This document shows, piece after piece, positions 1 to 11,906 of a DNA stretch of 64,000 nt. Under the pieces are notes generated by a model. The model made no database searches. It was given only the letters and a program-made list of their open reading frames with translations, and was not told the DNA's origin. Origin of the DNA: Escherichia coli (GTDB lineage: Bacteria; Pseudomonadota; Gammaproteobacteria; Enterobacterales; Enterobacteriaceae); assembly GCF_003991155.1 (NCBI RefSeq), contig NZ_CP031293.1. The stretch is one strand, 5' to 3'. A program made the position numbers and the translations under genes. The first letter of the stretch is position 1; each line of letters begins with the position of its first letter.

Positions 1-1863
1 TATCCGGCTCAACAATCGGGCGCGATTTTCCTCTGCCCTTCGCTTTGGTTTTGGCAATGTTCTGCCCCAGCGCCAGGATATCGACCACTTTCTTGTTCAA
101 GCCTTGCGGCGTAATGCCGTGTTCCTCGTTGTACTTCTGCTGTTTCTCGCGGCGACGTTCGGTTTCGCCAATCGCTTTCGCCATTGATGGGGTGATCTTA
201 TCGCCGTAGAGAATCGCTTTACCGTTAACGTTACGTGCCGCACGACCAATGGTCTGGATCAACGAACGTTCGGAACGCAGGAAGCCTTCTTTGTCAGCGT
301 CGAGGATCGCCACCAGCGACACTTCCGGCATATCCAGACCTTCGCGCAGTAAGTTGATCCCTACCAATACGTCGAACTCACCCAGACGCAAGTCGCGGAT
401 AATCTCCATACGTTCGACGGTGTCGATATCTGAGTGAAGATAACGCACGCGCTCACCGTGTTCTTCGAGATATTCAGTGAGATCTTCCGCCATCCGCTTG
501 GTCAGAGTTGTAACCAGTACGCGTTCGTTAATTGCCGCTCGCTGACGAATCTCCGATAGAAGATCATCCACCTGTGTCGCTACCGGACGCACTTCAATAA
601 TCGGGTCAAGTAAGCCTGTTGGACGCACCACCTGATCCACCACATCGCCGCCGGATTTTTCCAGCTCGTAATTACCCGGCGTCGCCGAAACATAGATGGT
701 TTGCGGCGCTAATGCTTCGAACTCTTCAAACTTAAGCGGACGGTTATCCAGCGCTGATGGCAGGCGGAAGCCATACTCCACCAGTGTCTCTTTACGCGCC
801 CGGTCACCGCGATACATGCCGCCAATTTGTGGAATGGTGACGTGAGATTCATCGACGACCAACAGCCCATCGGCAGGCAGGTAATCAAACAGCGTCGGCG
901 GTGGCTCACCTGGTCCACGGCCGGAGAGGAAGCGTGAGTAGTTTTCAATGCCCGAGCAATACCCCAGTTCGTTCATCATCTCCAGATCAAACTGGGTACG
1001 CTGGGTCAGCCGCTGCTCTTCAAGCAACTTGTTGTTCTCCAACAGCACTTTGCGTCTGGCGGCCAGTTCTTCTTTGATCTCTTCCATCGCCTGTACGATG
1101 CGCTCGCGCGGCGTGACGTAGTGCGTTTTCGGGTAGATGGTAAAACGTGGAATAGTGGAAACAATCTGCCCGGTCAGCGGGTCAAATAACGACAATCGTT
1201 CCACTTCCTCGTCAAACAGTTCCACGCGAAGTGCAATGTCATCCGATTCTGCCGGGAAGATATCTATCACCTCACCACGAACGCGGAAAGTACCGCGCTG
1301 GAATGCCTGATCATTACGAGCGTATTGCAGCTCCGCCAGTCGGCGCAGAATCGCGCGCTGATCGATAATCATACCGACCGTGAGATGGAGCATCATCTTG
1401 AGATATAAATCAGGATCGCCCAGACCATAAATCGCGGAAACCGATGCCACCACAACCACATCACGCCGCTCCAGCATCGCTTTGGTGGCGGACAAACGCA
1501 TCTGCTCGATATGTTCGTTTACCGAGGCATCTTTCTCAATGAAGGTGTCGGAACTCGGTACATAGGCTTCCGGCTGATAGTAGTCGTAGTAGGAGACGAA
1601 ATATTCCACCGCGTTTTCCGGGAAGAATTCTTTCATTTCGCCATACAACTGGGCCGCCAGCGTTTTGTTGGGCGCAAGTACCATGGTAGGGCGCTGAAGG
1701 TCAGCAATGACATTGGCAATGGTGAAGGTTTTCCCGGAGCCAGTCACTCCAAGTAACGTCTGGTGCGCCAGGCCATCTTCCAGCCCCTCTTCGAGACGTC
1801 GAATCGCCTCTGGCTGATCGCCAGAAGGTTTAAAAGCGGAATTCAGTTTGAACGGTTTACTCA
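1..1863 (-). CDS. uvrB: Excinuclease ABC subunit B; N-terminal 621 codons, 3' end lies beyond window start
   Basis: Reverse complement of 1840-1863 encodes MSKPFKLN; frame stays open to position 1; helicase-like motifs recognisable (GKTF..). Confidence 0.95.
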
Positions 1864-1940
1864 TGAGTCGCTACCTGAAGGAGTTGGGCGGGCAGGTATG
1901 TAATTTTACTCGTCGTACTTAATTATGCCAACAAATTACA

Positions 1941-1956
1941 CTGGATAAAAAAACAG
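1941..1956 (-). promoter_or_regulatory. LexA (SOS) box in uvrB promoter
   Basis: ctggataaaaaaacag; reverse complement CTGT-N8-ATCCAG fits CTGT-N8-ACAG consensus with one mismatch, about 80 bp upstream of uvrB start. Confidence 0.7.
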
Positions 1957-2442
1957 TTTCTCACCATAATATTTCTGTTACAGCGTAAACTCAGCTGTCA
2001 ATCATGAGCAAAATTTACTCTGTGGCGAGATAAAACTCCGGCCTTACCGGGTTATCCCCAAAGCAACGGCTTTTTTAACATTTGTCAAGATGAGTGATGA
2101 CAGTTTTATGGCAAGAGATGCCTGTTCAGTGACTGCCATTGCAATTATCTAACCAGTTAAAAAATAAAAGATATTTCTTTGAGCCGTCTTTAACGCCAAT
2201 TCGCGTGCAAGCCGCGTATTCTCTCGCTTGCCTCGTGTTTTCTAACTCTAATACACATGGTTATCCACAGGAATAGTGGATAACTGTCTGCAGCCCCTAT
2301 CCCCCGCCGCCTGGGCAATTCCCACATCCACCGCATGATGCGGAAGTAAAATTTTTTTCGTGATTATTTTAGAATTTAATTGGTTAAATTGCAGTCAATC
2401 GAAGACGCGATCTCGCTCGCAATTTAACCAAGTACAGGATGA

Positions 2443-3120
2443 CTACATTAAGGCAAGATTGATGTACTTTCCGGTTGCCGCATTTTCTGGATTTTCTGCA
2501 AGCCAGGGAATTTCGCCCACCAGCGGAGCGGGAATCATGCGGGTGAGCGTGGTCAAATATTCAGCGTGACGCTTGCCCGGTGGAGTGACATCGTTCGCTA
2601 CCCAACCCACCAGAGTGAGTCCGGCTTGCTGCACAGCCTGTGCAGTCAACATCGCGTGATTAATACAGCCGAGTTTCACACCAACTACCAGTATCACCGG
2701 CAGTTGTTCCTGTGTTACCCAATCCGCAAAAGTGAAAGTGTCAGAAAGCGGCGTAAACCAGCCGCCAGCACCTTCCACTAACACCCAGTCAGCCTGTTGT
2801 TCAAGCGCGCGTAATCCGGCGCTCATTACCAATGATTCTATCGGCCTGCCCTCTTGCGCGCTGATGATGTGCGGCGAAGTGGGTTCTGCGAAGGTGTAAG
2901 GATTTACCGTTGCGTAATCCAGCTGCAGGCTGCTGTTGCGCTGTAACGCCAGCGCGTCGCTATTACGTAAGCCTTCCGGGGTCTTTTCGCTGCCAGAGGC
3001 GACCGGTTTATAACCTGCCGTCCGGTGGCCTACTGCCTTTGCGGCTTGTAAAAGTGCACAACTGGCGACGGTTTTCCCCACTTCGGTATCCGTTCCGGTG
3101 ACAAAATAACGTTTACTCAC
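2443..3120 (-). CDS. bioD: Dethiobiotin synthetase
   Basis: Translation (M)[17 protein letters not shown]-loop; probable GTG start at 3120 (ORF track starts at TTG 3126); overlaps bioC stop. Confidence 0.9.
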   Translation of the reverse strand: MSKRYFVTGTDTEVGKTVASCALLQAAKAVGHRTAGYKPVASGSEKTPEGLRNSDALALQRNSSLQLDYATVNPYTFAEPTSPHIISAQEGRPIESLVMSAGLRALEQQADWVLVEGAGGWFTPLSDTFTFADWVTQEQLPVILVVGVKLGCINHAMLTAQAVQQAGLTLVGWVANDVTPPGKRHAEYLTTLTRMIPAPLVGEIPWLAENPENAATGKYINLALM

Positions 3121-3868
3121 GAGCAATCACTCCCAAAAAAAGATGATACGTCAGAGGATATCGCCCCTGTTGTTGCGGCCAGGCCAGTTGCAATCGCTGC
3201 AACTGCGAACGCGTTAATATTCGCGGGTCGCGCCCTTCATGAAGATGCGTGGCACCGATGCCTTTCAGCGAACGCATGGCACTGAGCGCATCATCAAACC
3301 ACAGCGTGATGGGCTGAATATGATGTTGATAATGCACGCCGTTCAGTGACTGTTCGATTTCATCTGGCGGTAAAAAGCGATTAGCATGCGGACGCTCGTC
3401 CACCGCCTGCCACGCCTGATGTAATTCAGGGAGCGATCCCTGCACCAGCGTGGTAAACGCGACCACGCCTCCGGGGCGCACCACCCTGTATAGCTCGCGG
3501 AGTGCCGTGGATAAATTACCGCACCACTGTACCGCGAGATTGCTCCATGCAAGATCGAAGGTTGCAGTCGCTAACGGCAGGGATTCGATATCTCCCGCCA
3601 GATAATGGTCTGCGGCATCCTTCTGGCGTGCCTGAACAAGCATTGGCGGAGAGAGATCTAACGCCGTCACCTGCGCGTGACGTTCCCGCCAGTGGCGGCT
3701 CATCCAGCCAGGTCCACAACCCGCATCCAGTACGTGGGTGTATTTACGCTGTGGGAGCATTGCCAGTAAGACGTCAGCACTCTGGCGCTGTAGATCCGCA
3801 TGTTGCTCATAGTGCGCGGCTGCCCGACCAAATGCCGCTGCAATGGCTTGTTTATTAACCGTTGTCAT
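3113..3868 (-). CDS. bioC: Malonyl-ACP O-methyltransferase
   Basis: SAM-methyltransferase motif LDAGCGPG; start taken at MTTVNKQ (ORF track gives a longer N-terminus); overlaps bioF 3' end. Confidence 0.88.
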   Translation of the reverse strand: MTTVNKQAIAAAFGRAAAHYEQHADLQRQSADVLLAMLPQRKYTHVLDAGCGPGWMSRHWRERHAQVTALDLSPPMLVQARQKDAADHYLAGDIESLPLATATFDLAWSNLAVQWCGNLSTALRELYRVVRPGGVVAFTTLVQGSLPELHQAWQAVDERPHANRFLPPDEIEQSLNGVHYQHHIQPITLWFDDALSAMRSLKGIGATHLHEGRDPRILTRSQLQRLQLAWPQQQGRYPLTYHLFLGVIARE

Positions 3869-5009
3869 GCAGCACCTCCAGCAGACTATCGATATCCTGC
3901 ATTTCATGCGCTGCGGTTAGCGTTAAGCGCAGTCGCGCAGTACCAGCGGGTACGGTTGGCGGGCGAATCGCCGTGACCCAGCAACCTTGCTGGCGCAGTT
4001 TTTCTGCCAGTTGTAACGCACGGCTGTTATCACCGACGATCAATGGCTGGATGGCGCTCCATGAATCAGCAAGCGTAAACGGCAAATCCTGCACTCCGGC
4101 ACGAAAACGCGTAATGAGTGCCGCCAGTTTTTCGCGCCGTGCATCACCCTCATCACTGCGAATGACCGCCAGCGACGCACGTAATGCCTGCGCCTGAGCG
4201 GGCGGCATACTGGTGCTGTAGATAAGATGGCGGGCGAATTGCAGCAGATAATCCGCCACCGTATTGGAGCAAAGCACCGCTGCTCCGCTGATGCCAAATC
4301 CTTTGCCAAAAGTCACCACCAGCAATTCTGGTTTTACCTTTTGCAGCCAGCAGCTGCCACGCCCCTGCTCCCCGATAACGCCCGTGCCGTGGGCGTCATC
4401 GACCATCAACCAGCCATCGTGCTGTTGCGTTACCTGCTGGATTTCCTCCAGTGGCGCACTATCGCCGTCCATGCTGAACACGCCTTCTGTCACTACCAGT
4501 TGCTGCCCCGGACAGGGGGAAGCAAGCAGTCGCGCCAGATGAGTGACATCGTTATGAGCAAAACGGCGAAGCGGCGACGGGCTTAAACTTGCAGCCTCCA
4601 GCAATGAGGCATGGCTAAGCCGGTCGGCAACAATACGGTCCTCTTTCGCCATCATCGCGGCAATGACGGCCTGATTTGCGGCAAAACCAGAGATAAACAG
4701 CAGTGCCCGCGAATAGCCCAGCCACTCGGCCAGTTCTTCTTCCAGCGCCTGATGCGCCACGCTATAACCGCTGACGTGACCGGAGCCGCCGCTACCGACG
4801 CCAAATTGCTCCGCACTCTGCTTCCAGGCACGGATAATTTGCGGATGATGGCTTAAACCTAAATAATCGTTACTGGAAAAGTTCAGATACTGGCGATCGT
4901 CCGCCACCAGCCAGCGTCCGGCTCCTTGCGCCACTGGATAACGGCGACGCAGGGCATCGGCAGCACGCCGCGCATCGAGCGCCGCGTTGATTTTCTCCTG
5001 CCAGCTCAT
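3855..5009 (-). CDS. bioF: 8-amino-7-oxononanoate synthase
   Basis: 384-aa PLP-dependent acyltransferase translation; operon position between bioB and bioC. Confidence 0.93.
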   Translation of the reverse strand: MSWQEKINAALDARRAADALRRRYPVAQGAGRWLVADDRQYLNFSSNDYLGLSHHPQIIRAWKQSAEQFGVGSGGSGHVSGYSVAHQALEEELAEWLGYSRALLFISGFAANQAVIAAMMAKEDRIVADRLSHASLLEAASLSPSPLRRFAHNDVTHLARLLASPCPGQQLVVTEGVFSMDGDSAPLEEIQQVTQQHDGWLMVDDAHGTGVIGEQGRGSCWLQKVKPELLVVTFGKGFGISGAAVLCSNTVADYLLQFARHLIYSTSMPPAQAQALRASLAVIRSDEGDARREKLAALITRFRAGVQDLPFTLADSWSAIQPLIVGDNSRALQLAEKLRQQGCWVTAIRPPTVPAGTARLRLTLTAAHEMQDIDSLLEVLHDNG

Positions 5010-6046
5010 AGTGCTGCCGCGTTGTAATATTCGTCAGTGTCCGGGGTCATCAGCGCCTGCTCCAGACGCTGCTGTTGTTCGTTATCGCCCGCCAGCACGG
5101 CAGTTTGCTGCGGATTTAGCCCCAGTTTGCGGAACAGTTGCAGGTCTTTATCTTCTTCCGGATTCGGCGTGGTCAGCAGTTTGCAACCGTAGAAAATCGA
5201 GTTTGCGCCAGCCATAAAGCACATCGCCTGAGTCTGTTCGTTCATCTGCTCGCGTCCGGCAGAAAGGCGTACGTAAGAGGTCGGCATCATGATCCGCGCA
5301 ACTGCAATGGTGCGAATAAAATCAAAGGCATCGACATCATCGTTATCCGCCAGCGGCGTGCCTTTCACCTTCACCAGCATGTTGATTGGTACGCTTTCCG
5401 GCGGTGTTGGCAGGTTTGCCAGTTGCAGCAATAATCCGGCGCGATCTTTTACTGTTTCGCCTAAGCCCACAATGCCGCCTGAACAGACTTTGATCCCGGC
5501 GTCGCGCACTTTTTCCAGCGTATCGAGGCGTTCCTGATAGGTACGCGTGGTGATGATATTGCCGTAAAACTCCGGCGAGGTGTCGAGGTTGTGGTTGTAG
5601 TAATCCAGCCCGGCATTCGCCAGGCGCTGCGCCTGAGATTCACTCAACGTGCCCAGCGTCATACACGCCTCCAGCCCCATCGCTTTTACCCCCTGCACCA
5701 TTTGTTCCAGGTACGGCATATCGCGTTCGTGGGGATTCTTCCACGCCGCGCCCATGCAGAAGCGCGTCGATCCTGCCGCTTTCGCTTTGCGCGCCGACTC
5801 CAGCACCTGTTCAACTTCCATCAACCGCTCGGCTTCCAGCCCGGTTTTGTAGCGCGAGCTTTGCGGGCAATATTTGCAATCTTCCGGACAAGCTCCGGTC
5901 TTAATCGACAGCAAAGTGCTGACCTGCACCTGACGAGGATCGAAATGCTGACGATGCACCTGCTGCGCTTCAAACAGCAGATCCAGCAACGGTTTTTCAA
6001 ATAATTCTGTGACTTGCGACAATGTCCAGCGTGGGCGGTGAGCCAT
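5006..6046 (-). CDS. bioB: Biotin synthase (radical SAM)
   Basis: 346 aa, CPEDCKYC radical-SAM cysteine motif; divergent from bioA. Confidence 0.95.
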   Translation of the reverse strand: MAHRPRWTLSQVTELFEKPLLDLLFEAQQVHRQHFDPRQVQVSTLLSIKTGACPEDCKYCPQSSRYKTGLEAERLMEVEQVLESARKAKAAGSTRFCMGAAWKNPHERDMPYLEQMVQGVKAMGLEACMTLGTLSESQAQRLANAGLDYYNHNLDTSPEFYGNIITTRTYQERLDTLEKVRDAGIKVCSGGIVGLGETVKDRAGLLLQLANLPTPPESVPINMLVKVKGTPLADNDDVDAFDFIRTIAVARIMMPTSYVRLSAGREQMNEQTQAMCFMAGANSIFYGCKLLTTPNPEEDKDLQLFRKLGLNPQQTAVLAGDNEQQQRLEQALMTPDTDEYYNAAAL

Positions 6047-6089
6047 GGGGCTTCTCCAAAACGTGTTTTTTGTTGTTAATTCGGTGTAG

Positions 6090-6128
6090 ACTCGTAAACC
6101 TAAATCTTTTCAATTTGGTTTACAAGTC
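6090..6128. promoter_or_regulatory. bio operator (BirA binding site) within divergent bioA/bioBFCD promoters
   Basis: Imperfect palindrome gtaaacctaaatcttttcaatttggtttac between bioB and bioA starts. Confidence 0.75.
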
Positions 6129-6132
6129 GATT

Positions 6133-7422
6133 ATGACAACGGACGATCTTGCCTTTGACCAACGCCATATCTGGCACCCATACACATCCATGACCTCCCC
6201 GCTACCGGTTTATCCGGTGGCGAGCGCCGAAGGTTGCGAGCTAATTTTGTCTGACGGCAGACGCCTGGTTGACGGTATGTCGTCCTGGTGGGCGGCGATC
6301 CACGGCTACAATCACCCGCTGCTTAATGCGGCGATGAAGACGCAAATTGATGCCATGTCGCATGTGATGTTTGGTGGTATCACCCATGCGCCCGCTGTCG
6401 AGCTGTGCCGCAAATTGGTGGCAATGACGCCGCAACCGCTGGAGTGCGTTTTTCTCGCGGACTCCGGCTCCGTAGCGGTAGAAGTGGCGATGAAAATGGC
6501 GTTGCAGTACTGGCAGGCCAAAGGCGAAGCGCGCCAGCGTTTTCTGACCTTCCGCAATGGTTATCATGGCGATACCTTTGGCGCGATGTCGGTGTGCGAT
6601 CCGGACAACTCAATGCACAGCCTGTGGAAAGGCTATCTGCCAGAAAACTTGTTTGCTCCCGCCCCGCAAAGCCGCCTGGATGGTGAATGGGATGAACGCG
6701 ATATGGTGGGCTTTGCCCGCCTGATGGCGGCGCATCGTCATGAAATCGCCGCAGTGATCATTGAACCGATTGTCCAGGGCGCAGGCGGGATGCGCATCTA
6801 CCATCCGGAATGGTTAAAACGAATCCGCAAAATGTGCGATCGCGAAGGTATCTTGCTGATTGCCGACGAGATCGCCACCGGATTTGGTCGTACCGGCAAA
6901 CTGTTTGCCTGTGAACATGCAGAAATTGCGCCGGATATTTTGTGTCTCGGTAAAGCCTTAACCGGCGGCACAATGACCCTTTCCGCCACGCTCACCACGC
7001 GCGAGGTTGCGGAAACCATCAGTAACGGCGAAGCCGGCTGCTTTATGCATGGGCCAACTTTTATGGGCAATCCGCTGGCCTGCGCAGCAGCAAACGCCAG
7101 CCTGGCGATTCTCGAATCTGGCGACTGGCAGCATCAGGTGGCGGCTATTGAAGGGCAGCTACGCGAGCAACTTGCCCCCGCCTGTGACGCCGAAATGGTT
7201 GCCGATGTGCGCGTACTGGGGGCAATCGGCGTGGTCGAAACCACTCGTCCGGTGAATATGGCAGCGCTGCAAAAATTCTTTGTCGAACAGGGTGTCTGGA
7301 TCCGGCCTTTTGGCAAACTGATTTACCTGATGCCGCCCTATATTATTCTCCCGCAACAGTTGCAGCGTCTGACCGCAGCGGTTAATCGTGCGGTGCAGGA
7401 TGAAACATTTTTTTGCCAATAA
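6133..7422 (+). CDS. bioA: Adenosylmethionine-8-amino-7-oxononanoate aminotransferase
   Basis: ATG at 6133 gives [17 protein letters not shown], 429 aa class III aminotransferase; ORF track start 6022 is an upstream in-frame extension. Confidence 0.93.
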   Translation: MTTDDLAFDQRHIWHPYTSMTSPLPVYPVASAEGCELILSDGRRLVDGMSSWWAAIHGYNHPLLNAAMKTQIDAMSHVMFGGITHAPAVELCRKLVAMTPQPLECVFLADSGSVAVEVAMKMALQYWQAKGEARQRFLTFRNGYHGDTFGAMSVCDPDNSMHSLWKGYLPENLFAPAPQSRLDGEWDERDMVGFARLMAAHRHEIAAVIIEPIVQGAGGMRIYHPEWLKRIRKMCDREGILLIADEIATGFGRTGKLFACEHAEIAPDILCLGKALTGGTMTLSATLTTREVAETISNGEAGCFMHGPTFMGNPLACAAANASLAILESGDWQHQVAAIEGQLREQLAPACDAEMVADVRVLGAIGVVETTRPVNMAALQKFFVEQGVWIRPFGKLIYLMPPYIILPQQLQRLTAAVNRAVQDETFFCQ

Positions 7423-7480
7423 CGGGAAGTCAGCGTGAGGGTTTCTGGCTACACTTTCTGCAAACAATAAAGGAGGGTTC

Positions 7481-7957
7481 ATGAAACTCATCAGTAACGA
7501 TCTGCGCGATGGCGATAAGTTGCCACATCGTCATGTCTTTAACGGCATGGGTTACGATGGCGATAATATTTCACCGCATCTGGCGTGGGATGATGTTCCT
7601 GCAGGAACGAAAAGTTTTGTCGTCACCTGCTACGACCCGGATGCGCCAACCGGCTCCGGCTGGTGGCACTGGGTAGTTGTTAATTTACCCGCTGATACCC
7701 GCGTATTACCGCAAGGGTTTGGCTCTGGTCTGGTAGCAATGCCAGATGGCGTTTTGCAGACGCGTACCGACTTTGGTAAAACCGGGTACGATGGTGCAGC
7801 GCCGCCGAAAGGCGAAACCCATCGCTACATTTTTACCGTTCACGCGCTGGATGTAGAACGTATTGATGTCGATGAAGGTGCCAGCGGCGCGATGGTCGGG
7901 TTTAACGTTCATTTCCACTCTCTGGCAAGCGCCTCGATTACTGCGATGTTTAGTTAA
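7481..7957 (+). CDS. ybhB: PEBP-family (kinase inhibitor-like) protein
   Basis: 158-aa ORF with aggag-like RBS (aaaggagg) upstream; conserved position after bioA. Confidence 0.85.
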   Translation: MKLISNDLRDGDKLPHRHVFNGMGYDGDNISPHLAWDDVPAGTKSFVVTCYDPDAPTGSGWWHWVVVNLPADTRVLPQGFGSGLVAMPDGVLQTRTDFGKTGYDGAAPPKGETHRYIFTVHALDVERIDVDEGASGAMVGFNVHFHSLASASITAMFS

Positions 7958-8108
7958 TCACTCTGCCAGATGGCGCAATACCATCTGGTATCACTTAAAG
8001 GTATTAAAAACAACTTTTTGTCTTTTTACCTTCCCGTTTCGCTAAAGTTAGTATAAAAAAGCAGGCTTCAACGGATTCATTTTTCTATTTCATAGCCCGG
8101 AGCAACCT

Positions 8109-9392
8109 GTGAACACATTTTCAGTTTCCCGTCTGGCGCTGGCATTGGCTTTTGGCGTGACGCTGACCGCCTGTAGCTCAACACCGCCCGATCAACGTCC
8201 TTCTGATCAAACCGCGCCTGGTACCTCTTCTCGCCCGATTCTGTCGGCAAAAGAAGCGCAGAATTTCGATGCTCAACACTATTTTGCATCCCTGACACCA
8301 GGTGCTGCAGCGTGGAATCCTTCCCCGATTACCCTGCCTGCACAACCTGACTTTGTTGTCGGCCCGGCGGGTACTCAAGGTGTAACGCATACCACGATTC
8401 AGGCGGCGGTAGATGCGGCAATTATCAAGCGTACCAACAAGCGCCAGTATATTGCCGTGATGCCTGGTGAGTATCAGGGAACGGTGTATGTCCCTGCCGC
8501 TCCGGGTGGAATTACTCTGTACGGTACAGGTGAAAAACCGATTGATGTGAAAATTGGGCTTTCCCTTGATGGGGGCATGAGCCCAGCCGACTGGCGTCAC
8601 GACGTCAACCCACGCGGCAAATATATGCCGGGTAAACCAGCGTGGTATATGTACGATAGCTGCCAGAGCAAACGCAGCGACAGCATTGGCGTGCTCTGTT
8701 CTGCGGTCTTCTGGTCACAAAACAATGGCCTGCAACTGCAAAACCTGACCATCGAAAACACACTGGGCGATAGCGTAGATGCGGGTAACCATCCGGCGGT
8801 GGCACTGCGTACTGATGGCGACAAAGTGCAGATCAATAACGTCAATATTCTCGGTCGCCAGAATACCTTCTTTGTCACCAACAGCGGTGTGCAAAACCGT
8901 CTGGAAAGCAACCGTCAGCCGCGTACCCTGGTGACTAACAGCTACATTGAAGGGGATGTGGATATCGTTTCTGGTCGCGGCGCAGTGGTGTTCGATAATA
9001 CCGAATTCCGCGTGGTGAACTCACGTACTCAGCAAGAAGCGTATGTGTTTGCACCGGCTACGCTGTCTAACATCTATTACGGTTTCCTCGCCGTAAACAG
9101 CCGTTTCAATGCTTCCGGTGATGGCGTGGCGCAACTGGGTCGCTCGCTGGATGTTGATGCCAATACCAACGGTCAGGTGGTGATCCGTGATAGCGCCATC
9201 AACGAAGGTTTTAACACGGCGAAACCGTGGGCCGATGCGGTGATTTCCAATCGTCCATTCGCAGGTAACACCGGCAGCGTTGACGATAGCGACGAAATAC
9301 AACGCAATCTGAATGACACTAACTACAACCGCATGTGGGAATACAATAACCGCGGCGTGGGTAGTAAAGTGGTTGCAGAGGCGAAGAAGTAA
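8109..9392 (+). CDS. ybhC: Pectinesterase-family outer-membrane lipoprotein
   Basis: 427 aa, GTG start, lipoprotein signal (LTAC lipobox), pectin methylesterase-like fold. Confidence 0.85.
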   Translation: MNTFSVSRLALALAFGVTLTACSSTPPDQRPSDQTAPGTSSRPILSAKEAQNFDAQHYFASLTPGAAAWNPSPITLPAQPDFVVGPAGTQGVTHTTIQAAVDAAIIKRTNKRQYIAVMPGEYQGTVYVPAAPGGITLYGTGEKPIDVKIGLSLDGGMSPADWRHDVNPRGKYMPGKPAWYMYDSCQSKRSDSIGVLCSAVFWSQNNGLQLQNLTIENTLGDSVDAGNHPAVALRTDGDKVQINNVNILGRQNTFFVTNSGVQNRLESNRQPRTLVTNSYIEGDVDIVSGRGAVVFDNTEFRVVNSRTQQEAYVFAPATLSNIYYGFLAVNSRFNASGDGVAQLGRSLDVDANTNGQVVIRDSAINEGFNTAKPWADAVISNRPFAGNTGSVDDSDEIQRNLNDTNYNRMWEYNNRGVGSKVVAEAKK

Positions 9393-9395
9393 AAA

Positions 9396-9427
9396 AAGAA
9401 AACCCGATAGTCTGAACCATCGGGTTA
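9396..9427 (-). terminator. Candidate rho-independent terminator for ybhJ
   Basis: Hairpin cccgat..atcggg with A-run on plus strand (T-run on minus strand) just downstream of ybhJ stop. Confidence 0.45.
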
Positions 9428-9435
9428 ATGAAACT

Positions 9436-9464
9436 GGGCGCTATATTTCATAGCGCCTTTTTTT
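9436..9464 (+). terminator. Rho-independent terminator after ybhC
   Basis: gggcgctatatttcatagcgcc hairpin followed by ttttttt. Confidence 0.6.
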
Positions 9465-11724
9465 ACATCTGACGGTTTTTATTGAAGTTAATCAAACTAC
9501 CCGCCTTGATAATCTCGCGCTCTTCGGCCGTCAGGCTTTCCATGTAAAGCGTAATTTCCGTTACCGGCGCATCTTCATGGATCACATAACCTTTAAACGT
9601 CGTACCCGGATTATCCAGCGCTGCTTTAATGCCAGGGATGTAAATGTAATCACCTACGTCAAAGTTCGGTGCTTCCGCCATTTGCAGCGGTAACATCCCC
9701 CAGTTGATGACGTTAGAACGGTAGCGTTTAGTCGCGTACTCCTCGGCAATATTCGCCAGACCGCCAATCACACGCTGACAGCTCGCCGCCTGCTCACGCG
9801 CAGAACCATCGCCTGGTTTCACCGCATAGACCATACTGCCAATTTCAGTTTGCAGCGGATCAATATGCTCCTGACCAGCAATCTGCTTAATGCGCGCAAA
9901 CACCTCTGTCAGCTCGCTGACATTTCCCGCCAGACGCTGATTTTCCAGCTCAGCAGTCGCTTTACTTCTACCAACATAACCTGGATCGCGGCGTGACAGG
10001 GTAAACTCCGCCAGACCAATCGGATTTGAACGATAAGAAGAGGTTTCACCGGAAGGAATCAGTTCGTCGGTGGTGGTCACTTCGTCGAGAATCTTCGAGC
10101 ACACTTTGAGGACGATATTGTCAGTCAGCGCACCCAATTCCGGCCAGTCTTTAATGTTCGGTCCGTAAATCAGCGGTTGCTGGGTCGCCCCTTTCACAAA
10201 GCCCTGATAAACACGGTTTTTATACGGCGTTACATCGAAGGCGTACTCCGGCACGTTGTCCCAGCAATCGAGTTCGCTGGCAGAGGTTAAATAGCCACCG
10301 TTTGCCGCAGTCGCAGCGATAGAACGAGCGTCCATCAACGCCACCGCTGACATCTGCCCATTGGCTGGCTTAGAGCCTTCGCGATTCGGGAAGTTTCGCG
10401 TGGTGTGGCGAATACTCAAACCGTTGTTGATTGGCGTATCGCCCGCGCCAAAGCATGGGCCGCAGAACGCGGTTCTGATGATTGCGCCTGCGCCAATCAA
10501 ATCTGCTACCACACCTTTTTTGGCGAGATCCATAAACACCGGCTGTGATGACGGGTAAACCGCTAACGAGAAGGTGTCATTGCCACAGGATTGACCGCGC
10601 AGTGCATTCGCCGCCGCGATGACGTTTTCGTAGTTACCGCCAGAACAGCCCGCGATAATCCCCTGCTGCACTTTCAGGCGACCGTTTTCGACTTTATCCA
10701 GCAGCGAGAGTTTGGCTTTACCGTGTGCCACGCGCTCGGACTCAATTTCAATCTCACGCAGAATGTCGGTCAGGTTCTGGTTCAGCGTGTCGATTTCATA
10801 CACGTTGCTCGGGTGAAACGGCAGCGCAATCATTGGTTTGATGGCGCTTAAATCAACGCTGATGCAGCCATCGTAGTACGCCATCGGTTGAGGGTTAAGC
10901 TGGCAGTAATCCTGGCCGCGACCGTGCAGCGCCAGCCAGTTATGGACTTCTTCATCGGTTTGCCAGACAGAACTTAAACAGGTCGTTTCAGTGGTCATCA
11001 CGTCAACGCTGTTGCGGAAATCGGTAGAGAGCGCTGCAACACCGGGACCTACGAACTCCATCACTTTGTTTTTGACGTAACCGTTTTTGAACACGGCACC
11101 GATGATAGCCAGCGCCACATCCTGCGGCCCCACATACGGCGCAGGTTTTCCGGTCAGATGCACCGCAACCACGCCCGGATAGTCGATATCCCAGGTGTCA
11201 TTAAGCAGTTGTTTTACCAACTCGCCGCCGCCCTCGCCAACCGCCATTGTCCCTAACGCACCGTAACGGGTATGGCTGTCTGACCCGAGGATCATTTTGC
11301 CGCCGCCTGCCATCATCTCACGCATATATTGATGGATGACCGCAATGTGCGGAGGCACAAAAATACCGCCATAACGCTGGGCTGCCGATAAACCAAAAAC
11401 ATGATCATCACCGTTAATAGTGCCGCCGACGGCGCAGAGTGAGTTATGGCAGTTGGTCAGCACATACGGCAGCGGGAAACGTTCCATACCGGACGCTTTA
11501 GCGGTCTGTACAATACCAACAAAGGTAATATCGTGAGAGGCTAATGAATCAAACTTAATTTTAAGCTTATCCATATTTCCGGACGTATTATGAGAAGAGA
11601 GAATAGACCAGGCAATAGTGCCTTTTTTGGCTTCTTCTTTTTTAATTTCGCCGGTGAAATGTTCTTCGGCAATTATTTCGTTATTACTGGCGAGAAACAC
11701 GCCTTTTTCAGATAACTTGATCAT
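9463..11724 (-). CDS. ybhJ: Aconitase-family hydratase (substrate unknown)
   Basis: About 753 aa from ATG at 11724 (MIKLSEKG); aconitase-like Fe-S ligand region; ORF track start 11748 is an extension. Confidence 0.85.
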   Translation of the reverse strand: MIKLSEKGVFLASNNEIIAEEHFTGEIKKEEAKKGTIAWSILSSHNTSGNMDKLKIKFDSLASHDITFVGIVQTAKASGMERFPLPYVLTNCHNSLCAVGGTINGDDHVFGLSAAQRYGGIFVPPHIAVIHQYMREMMAGGGKMILGSDSHTRYGALGTMAVGEGGGELVKQLLNDTWDIDYPGVVAVHLTGKPAPYVGPQDVALAIIGAVFKNGYVKNKVMEFVGPGVAALSTDFRNSVDVMTTETTCLSSVWQTDEEVHNWLALHGRGQDYCQLNPQPMAYYDGCISVDLSAIKPMIALPFHPSNVYEIDTLNQNLTDILREIEIESERVAHGKAKLSLLDKVENGRLKVQQGIIAGCSGGNYENVIAAANALRGQSCGNDTFSLAVYPSSQPVFMDLAKKGVVADLIGAGAIIRTAFCGPCFGAGDTPINNGLSIRHTTRNFPNREGSKPANGQMSAVALMDARSIAATAANGGYLTSASELDCWDNVPEYAFDVTPYKNRVYQGFVKGATQQPLIYGPNIKDWPELGALTDNIVLKVCSKILDEVTTTDELIPSGETSSYRSNPIGLAEFTLSRRDPGYVGRSKATAELENQRLAGNVSELTEVFARIKQIAGQEHIDPLQTEIGSMVYAVKPGDGSAREQAASCQRVIGGLANIAEEYATKRYRSNVINWGMLPLQMAEAPNFDVGDYIYIPGIKAALDNPGTTFKGYVIHEDAPVTEITLYMESLTAEEREIIKAGSLINFNKNRQM

Positions 11725-11906
11725 CAAATGCTCCAGATATCTGCGCACCGTGAAGTGCGCAGAAAGATAATAAATGGATATACTCTAAATAATTCGAGTT
11801 GCAGGAAGGCGACAAGCGAGTGAATCCCCAGGCGCTTACATAAGTAAGTGACTGGGGTGAGCGAACGCAGACGCAGCACATGCAACTTGAAGTATGACGA
11901 GTATAT

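Noticed and set aside
6022-6132. N-terminal extensions proposed by the ORF track (bioA, ybhA, galE, ybhD, gpmA, modF, S subunit, permease and others)
   Set aside because: The track uses the most upstream possible start, including TTG/GTG; internal ATG codons with RBS and matching known N-termini were preferred.
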